Shown here piece after piece: positions 54,873-63,479 of a DNA stretch of 64,000 nucleotides. Below the pieces are notes generated by a model. The model saw only the letters and a list, made by a program, of their open reading frames with translations. It did not search any database and was not told where the DNA came from. The number at the start of each line of letters is the position of its first letter. Within the stretch, counting starts at the first letter, position 1. Source of the DNA: Candidatus Avanaerovorax faecigallinarum (GTDB taxonomy: Bacteria > Bacillota > Clostridia > Peptostreptococcales > Anaerovoracaceae); the NCBI GenBank assembly GCA_019113145.1, contig DXHZ01000093.1, positions 14,670 through 78,669 on the forward strand. The letters run 5' to 3'. The position numbers and the translations under genes were made by a program.

Positions 54873-56294
54873 TTGATAAAACACAGACACATCGACAAAA
54901 TCTGCATATGTGCGGCGGCAGCGGCAGTTCTGATAACGGTTGTCCTTTATTTCGGGGAAGACATGGGAATCCAGCGGGCGTCAGAAAATCCGGGATACTC
55001 CTACAGGCTTTTTGACGACAGCAGGGTTCACACCGTAAACATTCTCTGCGACGATTGGGAAGAATTTCTCAAAGAGGCTCCGGAGGAGGAATATATAAGC
55101 TGCGCCGTTGAAATAGACGGGGAAAGGTTCGAGAATGTGGGACTCAGAGCCAAGGGCAATAATTCTCTAAGTCTTACGGAGGAATACGGCCTCTCGAGAT
55201 ACAGCCTGAAACTGGAGTTCGACCATTTTACGGACGGAGGAAATTACTACGGACTGGACAAATTCTCTCTGGATGCTTCGTTTCAGGACAACAGCTACCT
55301 TAAGACATACATGGCCTACGATATGATGGATTTCATGGGCGTGGCCTCGCCTCTCTGCAGCTTCACAGACGTTTTCGTAAACGGGGAACCGTGGGGGCTG
55401 TTTCTCGCTGTGGAGGAGCCTGAGGAGGCCTTTGTCCGGAGAAATTTCGGAAGAAATCACGGACAGCTGTACAAGCCTGACTACAGGTCTTTGGAAGATG
55501 AAAACGGAGATATAGCCTTAAAATATCTTGGAGCCGATGAGAAGCTGTATCCGGGCATATTCGAAAACGCAAAGTTCAAAACAGATAAGGGCGACAGAAT
55601 GAGAGTCATCAAGGCTCTTGAGATCCTCGATTCCGGTGAGAATATCGAAAGAGCCGTGGATACAGAACAGACACTGCGGTATTTCGTTGTATCGGTATTT
55701 GTCATGAACTGGGACAGCTATGCGGGGCATACGGGTCACAACTATTTTCTCTATGAAAAAGACGGAATTCTGACCATTCTGCCGTGGGACTACAATCTGG
55801 CTTTCGGAACCTATGCCTTCGGAATGTCCGAACCGATAAGGGACACGGAGGTTCTCATAAACTGGCCCGTGGACACGCCTGCTGAAGGTGATGTGATGCT
55901 TAACAGACCGCTCTACCACAACCTGATGAAGAACGATAAATATTTTCGGCGATACCACGAGCTGTTCAGACGGTTCCTATCAGAATACTTTTTCAGCGGC
56001 GAGTTCGAGAAGACTTTACAGGATGCGGAATCCCTGATAGCCCCTCACGTGGAAAGTGATCCTACAGCCTTCTGTTCCCGCGAAGATTTTCGCCTTGCGG
56101 CAGACACCCTCTATGAAGTGTGCATGCTGCGGGCCGAGAGCATAGAAAAACAGCTTTCGGGAGAACTGCCTTCAACGATTAAAGAGCAAGAGGGTTTCAC
56201 GGGAGAATATGTGGACTGTTCTGCCGTGGACATACGCGATCTGGGAGATTTCGGAGATTTGGAGACTGCCGCGGCGAGGACTGCAGGCAGGTAA
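54873..56294 (+). CDS. CotH kinase family protein with N-terminal signal anchor
   Basis: TTG start. TM anchor is ICICAAAAAVLITVVLYF. CotH-like core is GLRAKGNNSL...YSLKLEFDHF...LDKFSLDASFQDNSYLKTYMAYD...FVNGEPWGLFLAVEEPE...NYFLY. Confidence 0.86.
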   Translation: MIKHRHIDKICICAAAAAVLITVVLYFGEDMGIQRASENPGYSYRLFDDSRVHTVNILCDDWEEFLKEAPEEEYISCAVEIDGERFENVGLRAKGNNSLSLTEEYGLSRYSLKLEFDHFTDGGNYYGLDKFSLDASFQDNSYLKTYMAYDMMDFMGVASPLCSFTDVFVNGEPWGLFLAVEEPEEAFVRRNFGRNHGQLYKPDYRSLEDENGDIALKYLGADEKLYPGIFENAKFKTDKGDRMRVIKALEILDSGENIERAVDTEQTLRYFVVSVFVMNWDSYAGHTGHNYFLYEKDGILTILPWDYNLAFGTYAFGMSEPIRDTEVLINWPVDTPAEGDVMLNRPLYHNLMKNDKYFRRYHELFRRFLSEYFFSGEFEKTLQDAESLIAPHVESDPTAFCSREDFRLAADTLYEVCMLRAESIEKQLSGELPSTIKEQEGFTGEYVDCSAVDIRDLGDFGDLETAAARTAGR

Positions 56295-56389
56295 TCTAAA
56301 GACGTTAAGTTGTATACACAGAATTAACTGGACTATAGTCTAATAAACTTAAATTTCTTAAAAATTTGTGAATAGACGTGCCTAACCTG

Positions 56390-56419
56390 TTGACCCGCGC
56401 CGCAAGACGGGAGTAGAAT
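56390..56419 (+). promoter_or_regulatory. Sigma-A-type promoter candidate for the MFS transporter gene
   Basis: TTGACC (56390-56395), 18-nt spacer, TAGAAT (56414-56419). Confidence 0.4.
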
Positions 56420-56471
56420 TACTCTCGGAGGGGCGTTTTTGGGATCAGCAAGGAAAGGAGAGCAGTCGGAA

Positions 56472-57719
56472 ATGAAAAATATTGACTCTGAAGGCGCTTA
56501 CCGCGTCTATTCCTATCGATGGGTAGTCCTTGCGATATACGGGCTGTCCACCGCTGTGATTCAGCTTATGTGGACCACATTCTTTTCAATTACCACTCAG
56601 GCATGGCAGTATTACGGCTTTACAGATGCGCAGGAAGGGGAAAATGCCATCAGCCTTTTGTCCATCATATTTATGGCGGGAATGATAGTCCTGTCCATAC
56701 CCGTAATGGCAGCCTTTGAGAAATACGGATTCAAAAAAGCCGTAGGCTTCGGCGTGGTGCTTACGGGAATATGCGCCATCGTCCGCGGAGTATTCGGAGA
56801 CAGTTACACGGCAGTTCTCGTCGCGACGGTGGGATTTGCGGTGGCTCAGCCGTTCCTGCTCAATTCGCCGGGCCTGGTTGCGGGCAAATGGTTCCCTGAA
56901 AACGAGAGAGCCACGGCCAACAGCGTGGGACTTCTCTGCAGCTACGTGGGCATGTGCCTGGGACTTTTGCTGACTCTGGTGATGCTGGACGCGGGAATGA
57001 CAATAAAGGGTATGCTTACCGCTTACGGCGTTCTGGGCATCGTTACCGCAGTGCTGTTCGTGGCTTTTGTTAAGGAGAAACCGCCTACGCCGCCATGCGC
57101 GGAGGAAGACGCCGTCCGCGACGACTTCAAGAGCGGCATCAAAGGGGCCATGAAGAAGAAGGATTTTGTTCTGGCTCTCATAGTGTTCTTCTGTATGTTC
57201 GGAGTGTTCAATACGTTCTTCACCATGATAGAGCCGATTTTAAGGGAGCTCAGCGGCGACGCCGTCGATTCCACCCAGGTCGGAATTCTGGGAGTTGTAA
57301 TTCTCGTCTCAGGAATAATCGGAAGCGTCATAATATCCATGGTTTCCGACAAAGACAGACTCCAGCGCCGTCTGCCGTACGCTATCGGCGCCAACGTTAT
57401 AGGAACCGTGGGCCTCGTTATATTCATCTTTGCGGGCAACTTCACAATGATGCTCATAGCGTCACTGCTCTACGGAATATTTATCGTGGGAGCCGCCCCG
57501 CTTACGCTGACATTTGCAGCCGAGGCATCTTTCCCGACTTCGGAGGGAACGTCCGAGGGACTTCTCATGTGGGCCGGAAACGTTGCAGGCGTGATATTCT
57601 TAGGCGCGGCCAGCCTCTTCGGCAGCAACAAAGCCGTCATGATTGCGCTGGTTGCCGTTACGGTACTCTACCTGATACCGATGTTCATGGCAAAGGAAAC
57701 AAAACTTCAGAAGAAATAA
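56472..57719 (+). CDS. MFS transporter
   Basis: About 12 predicted TM helices. AGGAG lies upstream of the ATG at 56472. Confidence 0.85.
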   Translation: MKNIDSEGAYRVYSYRWVVLAIYGLSTAVIQLMWTTFFSITTQAWQYYGFTDAQEGENAISLLSIIFMAGMIVLSIPVMAAFEKYGFKKAVGFGVVLTGICAIVRGVFGDSYTAVLVATVGFAVAQPFLLNSPGLVAGKWFPENERATANSVGLLCSYVGMCLGLLLTLVMLDAGMTIKGMLTAYGVLGIVTAVLFVAFVKEKPPTPPCAEEDAVRDDFKSGIKGAMKKKDFVLALIVFFCMFGVFNTFFTMIEPILRELSGDAVDSTQVGILGVVILVSGIIGSVIISMVSDKDRLQRRLPYAIGANVIGTVGLVIFIFAGNFTMMLIASLLYGIFIVGAAPLTLTFAAEASFPTSEGTSEGLLMWAGNVAGVIFLGAASLFGSNKAVMIALVAVTVLYLIPMFMAKETKLQKK

Positions 57720-57724
57720 CTGGA

Positions 57725-57766
57725 AGAGCCCGCGCGCAGATGGTCTGCATGCGGGCTCTGTTTTAT
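57725..57766 (+). terminator. Rho-independent terminator after the MFS gene
   Basis: AGAGCCCGC / GCGGGCTCT 9-bp stem with an inner GCAGA/TCTGC pair, followed by GTTTTATCTT. Confidence 0.75.
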
Positions 57767-57786
57767 CTTCAAAAACGTTACAGGGC

Positions 57787-58004
57787 AAGATTTAAGGAAG
57801 TCTTCGACAATGAAACGGGTTTTCCGGGAAAATGTCGAAGGCTTTTTCGACATTTTTGACGAGAAAAGGAAATCTGCCGAAAAATCAAGCGAGTCATGCA
57901 GGTTTTTAACGTTGAAACTTCGGCAGAACTTGTAAATACAGCCTTAAAAGCCGAAAAAGCTTCGACAAAACCGCCGAAAACAGACGTCTTTGTCGAAGCG
58001 AAGC
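57787..58004 (+). repeat. Dispersed ~215-bp intergenic repeat, copy B
   Basis: It aligns with 33232-33448 (AAGGAAGTCTTCGACAATGA...GGCTTTTTCGACATTTTT...ATCTGCCGAAAAAT...AAGCCGAAAAAGCTTCGACA...CCGCCGAAAACAGA...CTTTGTCGAAGC). It is also located between convergent genes. Confidence 0.75.
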
Positions 58005-58044
58005 TGAAAACCCGATGGCTTATGATTATATGCCTTTATTTTCC

Positions 58045-58839
58045 CTACAGCATAAACATTCTTGCGGTCATCATATCCTGTATGTCCTTGCCGGTGTAAG
58101 TCACGGTGCGTGGGTCAAGCTGCTTTGCGCCCGGATAGAAGGAGCCGCGAAGGGCTTTCACCGGATCCTTGAAGCTTATTTCCATCTCGAATTTGTCAGG
58201 TGACTTTATTTTGCAGGCGTCGGTGTTTTTAAGGGCAGATGCGACGCCTTCCTTTATCAGGCGGCAGGCTTTGTTCAGGTTCATGCTGAACGTGGCCTCG
58301 CCTACGCCTTTCTTCACGCCTACCGCAGTAATCTCCGGAACCAGTTCCTTTGCGTGTTCGCACAGTTCTTCATCGCCGCTTACGAATACAACGGGAACAT
58401 CGTAGTATGCGGCGGTGTATGCGTTAAGGTCAAATTCCGCCGCCGGACGGCCGTTGATTTTCACGTAGTTGTTCTGTGTGTTCATGGTATGGGCCAGAGG
58501 GTTTCCGTCAAAGCCTGCGCCGCTGTGGTAGCCTATGAAAACGGCCGCGTTAAATGTCTCGTCGATGCCGGCAACCATGGACTCGGGGGTGCAGGTCCAG
58601 CCGCGGATGAGCGTTGCCTCTTCCGGAAAAGCGTACGGTATGAGGTTAAGTGCGCTGTCGTGAGCGTCTTTGATGACGATTTCCGTTGCGCCGGCCGCAA
58701 TAGCGCCTTCGCAGGCGGCAACTACCTCGTTGGTCATAATCTTGCGGCCCTGAGCGTACTCCTCCTCCCCCTGTTCCGTTTCTTTCCAGTCGGTGATGAA
58801 CGTGCATCCTTCGATGTCTGCGCTGATGTAAACTTTCAT
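58045..58839 (-). CDS. M55 family metallopeptidase (D-aminopeptidase DppA-like)
   Basis: MKVYISADIEGCTFI...IVIKDAHDS...GYHSGAG. Confidence 0.88.
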   Translation of the reverse strand: MKVYISADIEGCTFITDWKETEQGEEEYAQGRKIMTNEVVAACEGAIAAGATEIVIKDAHDSALNLIPYAFPEEATLIRGWTCTPESMVAGIDETFNAAVFIGYHSGAGFDGNPLAHTMNTQNNYVKINGRPAAEFDLNAYTAAYYDVPVVFVSGDEELCEHAKELVPEITAVGVKKGVGEATFSMNLNKACRLIKEGVASALKNTDACKIKSPDKFEMEISFKDPVKALRGSFYPGAKQLDPRTVTYTGKDIQDMMTARMFML

Positions 58840-58886
58840 TCTTATAAGTCCTCCTTTGATGAATGTAAAAATGACAATATATTTAA

Positions 58887-59528
58887 TTACCCGAAATTAT
58901 ACGTAAAATGTTCCGTGTCCTCAGGGAGTATGAGATGCTTCATGGAATCCGCCTCCGTTATCCTGCGTACGGGTCTGCAGGGGTTTCCGTAGGCCAGATA
59001 TCCCGAAGGTATGTCCTTTGTCACCACGCTTCCCGCTCCTATGACTACATCGTCTCCAATGGTAACGCCGCCTATTACTACGGCGTTGCAGGCAATCCAC
59101 ACGTTGTTTCCGATGTGAATCTCTTCGGCGTATTCGGCCATGGTGGTCTTCCCTTCATCATCAAGGCCCATTCGTTCCTGAGCTATGAGGGGGTGAGAGG
59201 TGGCCATAAGGGAGACGTTTGGGCCGAAGCATACGTTGTCGCCTATGTAAATTCTGGCATCGTCCATTACGGTCAGATTGAAGTTGGCAAAGAAGTTTTC
59301 GCCTATGAAAGTGTGGCAGCCGTAGTTTATCTGAACCGGCCCCTGAAAGTAGTAGACGCTTCCCTTGCCGCCCAGAATGTCTCCGATGACCCGGCTTCTT
59401 TCCGGGTCGTACTCGTCCATGGAGTTAAAACGGCGGCATGCTTCATGAGCCCGGTGCTTTATGTCCTTAAGCTCCTGCTTTCTGGGATCGAACATGTAAC
59501 CTGCGAATATTTTGTCTTCTTCTCTCAT
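58887..59528 (-). CDS. maa: Sugar O-acetyltransferase (maltose/galactoside acetyltransferase family, left-handed beta-helix)
   Basis: The Mac-type N-terminus is AGYMFDPRKQELKDIKHRAHEACRRFN. Hexapeptide repeats follow (IGNNVWIACNAVVIGGVTIGDDVVIGAGSVV). Confidence 0.85.
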   Translation of the reverse strand: MREEDKIFAGYMFDPRKQELKDIKHRAHEACRRFNSMDEYDPERSRVIGDILGGKGSVYYFQGPVQINYGCHTFIGENFFANFNLTVMDDARIYIGDNVCFGPNVSLMATSHPLIAQERMGLDDEGKTTMAEYAEEIHIGNNVWIACNAVVIGGVTIGDDVVIGAGSVVTKDIPSGYLAYGNPCRPVRRITEADSMKHLILPEDTEHFTYNFG

Positions 59529-59533
59529 AACGA

Positions 59534-62500
59534 TTACTCCTGAATATCCTTCTTTCCGAGAATGTCATACATTACCGGAATAACAATAAGTGTCATAAAC
59601 GTTCCGTATATGAGTCCGCCGATGCAGACTATGGCTACGGGCTTTATCATCTCGGCGCCCTGTCCCATACCGATGGCCATAGGGAAAAGGCCGAGAATGG
59701 TGGTAATGGCTGTCATGAGAACCGGCCGCATTCTTACGGCTCCGGCGCTGATGATGGCCTCCCGCTTAGGAACGCCTTCGGCACGGCGCTGGTTTATGTA
59801 GTCTATGAGAACTATGGCGTTGTTTACGATTACGCCCATGAGCATGATTATTCCGACCATGGCTACCACGCTGACCGTGTTTCCCGTAATGAGAAGGGCC
59901 GCCATGGCTCCTGTCACCGCAAGAGGCACGGTGAACATCACGATAAACGGCGAAAGCAGGGACTGGAACTGAGCCACCATAACCAGATATATGAGTGCGA
60001 CAGCCAGAATCAGCATGAGCAGGAGCTGCTGCAGAGCGTCCATGATCTGCTCGTTTTCGCCTGCAAATTCAACCTGAACTCCGTCAGGAAGCTCCAGAGC
60101 GTCTACGGCGTCCTGAGCCAGAGAAGTCTGCTTTGTCACGTTGTAGCCGTCGTCTACGGCGGCGCTGACGGTAAGGGTTCTGTTCTGGTTGAGCCGCGAT
60201 ATGGTATCGAGAGTTCTGGACCTTTCGACAGACGCTATGTCCGAAAGCTTCACGGAATCACCGGAGCTCTGTGCGGAGTCTATGGCAAGGTCTGAAAGGG
60301 TGTCCGCTGTAAGGGCTTCATCTTTTGCGGTAACCGTTACGTCCGTATCCTTTCCGTTATAGGTGATTGACGTTGCGGCCGCTCCGTCTGAAAGCTTCTC
60401 GCTTATGGCAGAGTACACCTGAGCCACCGTAAGTCCCGAGGCCATGGCTTTGTCGCGGTTCACGGTCACGATAATCTGATCCGTGGAATCTTCGTTTACG
60501 TCGGAGATATCGGAGAGACCCTCTATGGTCGAAAGCTCGTCCTGAATGGAGACGGCTGCGTCTCTCAGGTCGTCAAGGTCGTCTGCCGTCACGTTTATGG
60601 TGATGCCCGACGAGCCCATGAGCTGGTTCATATCCATGGTAGATGAGGCCGTGCTCTCCGCTCCTTCTTCTTCACAAAGGGTGCCGATTATCTCTTCAAC
60701 CTCTTTTCCGTTGTCCAGTTTGTCCTCGTCCATGAGTATGTAGAACATGGCGGAGGTGTAGTCGGAGCCCGATGAGGAACCGGTACCCATAAGGGACATG
60801 GACGATGATAGCATCGCCGCTACTGTGTTCACGCCGTCAACTTCGGAAACGGCTGATGCAATCTCGTCGTAGAATTCGAAAGCGTCCTTTCTGTCGGTTT
60901 TTTCGTCAAGCTCTACGGTGGCGGAAATCTGCGGAAGAGCCATTGCAGGCATATACTCGAACCCGCGGCTCAATGCTCCCGCGCAGGTGGCTGCGAGAAG
61001 AATCAGGGTAACCCCGATGACTGCGGCCTTTCTGTGAAGAACCTTCTCCATGAAGCGTTTGTATCCGGCTATGAATCTGCTGTTTTCACCCAGCAGGGAG
61101 TTTTCGCGTATATTTCTCAAAGTCAGCTGACCCAGGGCCGGAACCACCGTAAGGGCCACAAGAAGGCTTGCGACCAGAGAATATGTCACGGTTAAGGCCA
61201 TGTCCTTGAATATGATTTTTGTAAGGCCTTCCACGAACACGATAGGCGCAAACACGCAAATAGTCGTAAGGGTGGAGGCGGTGATGGCCGCCGAAACGCC
61301 TGCGGCTCCTTTGATGGCGGCTTCTTTCCTGGAGCAGCCGTGGCTCCTCAATCTGTATATGTTTTCTATTACGACGATGGAGTTGTCCACCAGCATACCG
61401 ATGCCCACCGAAAGACCGGCAAGGGATATGATGTTAAGCTGTATTCCCGAGAAGTACATCAAAACTATGGCAAAGGTTATGCTTATAGGAATGCTGACCG
61501 CCGTTATAAGGGTCGGCTTCATATCCCTGAGGAATATGAAGAGCACGATGATTGCGAGGATTCCTCCTGTAACGAGGCTGTTTAAAACCGACGAAATGGC
61601 CATGTCGATGTAGTCGCCCTGATCGGAGAGCACGGAAAAGGACAGCCCGTCGTATTCTTTTTCAAGCTCGTCAAAACGGGCCTTTATGTTCTCCGAAACC
61701 TCCGCCGTGGCGTAGTCAGACTGTTTGCTGAAAACCAGCATGATGCCGTCCTCGTCGTTTATTTTGGCGTAGTTGTCGGTACCCGTCGTTATGTATTCTA
61801 TGTCGGCAACGTCGGAAAGTTTCACCGGATCCACTCCGTCTATGCCCATGTTGAGTATGACCAGATTTTCAAGGGCGTCCACCGAGTCAAGCTTATCGCC
61901 TACGGTGACCAGCACGTCCTTTCCGTCATCGGAGACGTAGCCCGCCGGCATCTGGAAATTCTGAGCAGTGATGAGCTGGGAAATTCCGGAGACGGTAAGG
62001 TAGGACGATACCGAAGAGGCGCTTTCCGCCGCCGAAGCGCCCTGAGAACCGAGCTGGGCAAGGGAGCTTTCAAGCTGCATGTTTGCAGCCTTCAGAAGGG
62101 CCTCGCTTCCCGCCGCCTCAGCCATGGCGTTGTTGAGACTGTTCTCCTGCTTCTGAAGGGAGACATTTAAGGTTTCTTCAGCCTTTGTCACGCCGTCAAG
62201 AGTTCCCAGCGTGGTTACGTCTATTCCAAGGCCCTCAAAGACTGAGCTCATGGGCTTTACCTGATCGAGTACGGCTGATATTGCGCTTTCGGCCTTTGCG
62301 ATGGAAGCGGCGTTTTCGGCATAGGTTTCGTTTTTCATAGCTGCCGCCTCTATGGCCTCCTCGGAAGCCCCGGGCATTGCCGCCGCTATTGAATCGTAGA
62401 TTGCGCTGTTTGCGGCCTCAAGGCCTTCTTTAGAGGTGGTGAGGGTTTTCAGAGAGGTGAGAAGCCCGGTGATGCTCTCTTTGTTTTCGGCCAGCGTATC

Positions 62501-63217
62501 CTGAGAATTCTTTATCTGCTCCTTGCCCGCCTCCAACGCCGCAAGGCTCTTTTCCGCGTCGGCAAGCTGCTTGTTTATGGTGCCTTCGGCATCGGCAAGG
62601 CTTCCCGAAACGGCGCCAGTTATCTTCCCGTTTACGGCGTTTACCTTTTCATCTGAAACGGTGATTCTCACGGAGTTTTCTATCATGCCCGCCGAAGTTA
62701 CCGAAGCGACTCCGTCGGTGCCTTCAAGCTTTCTGAGAATCTCTTCGTCGAGGAGCCGCGAGGTTTCGCTGATGTCGCTGCCTTTGACGGAAACCGCCGA
62801 CACGTTCACTGGAATCATGGACGGATTTATCTTCATTATAACCGGGCTCGATATGGCCTCATCCCACGAGCCAGATACGAGAGCCGCCTTGTCCCTTATG
62901 TCCACGGATACGGTGTCAAGCTCCGTGTTCTGCTCGAATTCGAGGAAAATCAGAGACGAGCTCCCCGATGACGTGGAAGTTACGGATTTAAGATTTTCAA
63001 GGGTGGAAAGCTGCTGTTCCAAAGGCGCCGTGACCTCGCTTTCAACGGTCTGAGGCGACGCGCCCGGGTATGTGGTTATTACGGCCACATAGGGAAGCTC
63101 GATTTTAGGAAAAAGGTCCGGAACCATCCGGGTAAAGGACACGACTCCGAACATGATTACGATGATTACCGCAACAAATACGGTATAGGGTTTTCTGACG
63201 CTGAATTTAGGTAACAT
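59534..63217 (-). CDS. RND family efflux transporter permease with ~200-aa coiled-coil insertion in the first extracytoplasmic loop
   Basis: AcrB-like N-terminus (FSVRKPYTVFVAVIIVIMFG...YPGASPQTVESEVTAPLE) with 12 TM helices in two halves. It is 1227 aa, against my recollection of about 1030-1050 aa for typical RND pumps. Confidence 0.9.
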   Translation of the reverse strand: MLPKFSVRKPYTVFVAVIIVIMFGVVSFTRMVPDLFPKIELPYVAVITTYPGASPQTVESEVTAPLEQQLSTLENLKSVTSTSSGSSSLIFLEFEQNTELDTVSVDIRDKAALVSGSWDEAISSPVIMKINPSMIPVNVSAVSVKGSDISETSRLLDEEILRKLEGTDGVASVTSAGMIENSVRITVSDEKVNAVNGKITGAVSGSLADAEGTINKQLADAEKSLAALEAGKEQIKNSQDTLAENKESITGLLTSLKTLTTSKEGLEAANSAIYDSIAAAMPGASEEAIEAAAMKNETYAENAASIAKAESAISAVLDQVKPMSSVFEGLGIDVTTLGTLDGVTKAEETLNVSLQKQENSLNNAMAEAAGSEALLKAANMQLESSLAQLGSQGASAAESASSVSSYLTVSGISQLITAQNFQMPAGYVSDDGKDVLVTVGDKLDSVDALENLVILNMGIDGVDPVKLSDVADIEYITTGTDNYAKINDEDGIMLVFSKQSDYATAEVSENIKARFDELEKEYDGLSFSVLSDQGDYIDMAISSVLNSLVTGGILAIIVLFIFLRDMKPTLITAVSIPISITFAIVLMYFSGIQLNIISLAGLSVGIGMLVDNSIVVIENIYRLRSHGCSRKEAAIKGAAGVSAAITASTLTTICVFAPIVFVEGLTKIIFKDMALTVTYSLVASLLVALTVVPALGQLTLRNIRENSLLGENSRFIAGYKRFMEKVLHRKAAVIGVTLILLAATCAGALSRGFEYMPAMALPQISATVELDEKTDRKDAFEFYDEIASAVSEVDGVNTVAAMLSSSMSLMGTGSSSGSDYTSAMFYILMDEDKLDNGKEVEEIIGTLCEEEGAESTASSTMDMNQLMGSSGITINVTADDLDDLRDAAVSIQDELSTIEGLSDISDVNEDSTDQIIVTVNRDKAMASGLTVAQVYSAISEKLSDGAAATSITYNGKDTDVTVTAKDEALTADTLSDLAIDSAQSSGDSVKLSDIASVERSRTLDTISRLNQNRTLTVSAAVDDGYNVTKQTSLAQDAVDALELPDGVQVEFAGENEQIMDALQQLLLMLILAVALIYLVMVAQFQSLLSPFIVMFTVPLAVTGAMAALLITGNTVSVVAMVGIIMLMGVIVNNAIVLIDYINQRRAEGVPKREAIISAGAVRMRPVLMTAITTILGLFPMAIGMGQGAEMIKPVAIVCIGGLIYGTFMTLIVIPVMYDILGKKDIQE

Positions 63218-63429
63218 TTAGTCTTACACTCCGGTCGATATTAAATAAGAAATACTTTAAAGATGCAAGGAAATTATATCATTGGCAGGGGTGAAAAACA
63301 ATATGCCTTGAGTTTAGGAGTACGACGTATCATTTATGTACTCTTATCTACTCCCGCGGAGTTGTATATTATAGGGAATACAATTACCAACATCGATAGC
63401 AATTATTGAAAGTATACTTATAATAATTG

Positions 63430-63458
63430 TTGACAAAGATGAAGGTTAATGCTACTAT
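63430..63458 (+). promoter_or_regulatory. Sigma-A-type promoter candidate for the second ATPase gene
   Basis: TTGACA (63430-63435), 17-nt spacer, TACTAT (63453-63458). AGGAGG RBS precedes the ATG at 63480. Confidence 0.4.
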
Positions 63459-63479
63459 ATGGTAAAAGGAGGTGGTCGT

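Noticed and set aside
57095-57859. 254-aa Arg-rich ORF inside and beyond the MFS transporter gene
   Set aside because: It is an alternative frame of a clear 12-TM transporter gene, and its composition is implausible.
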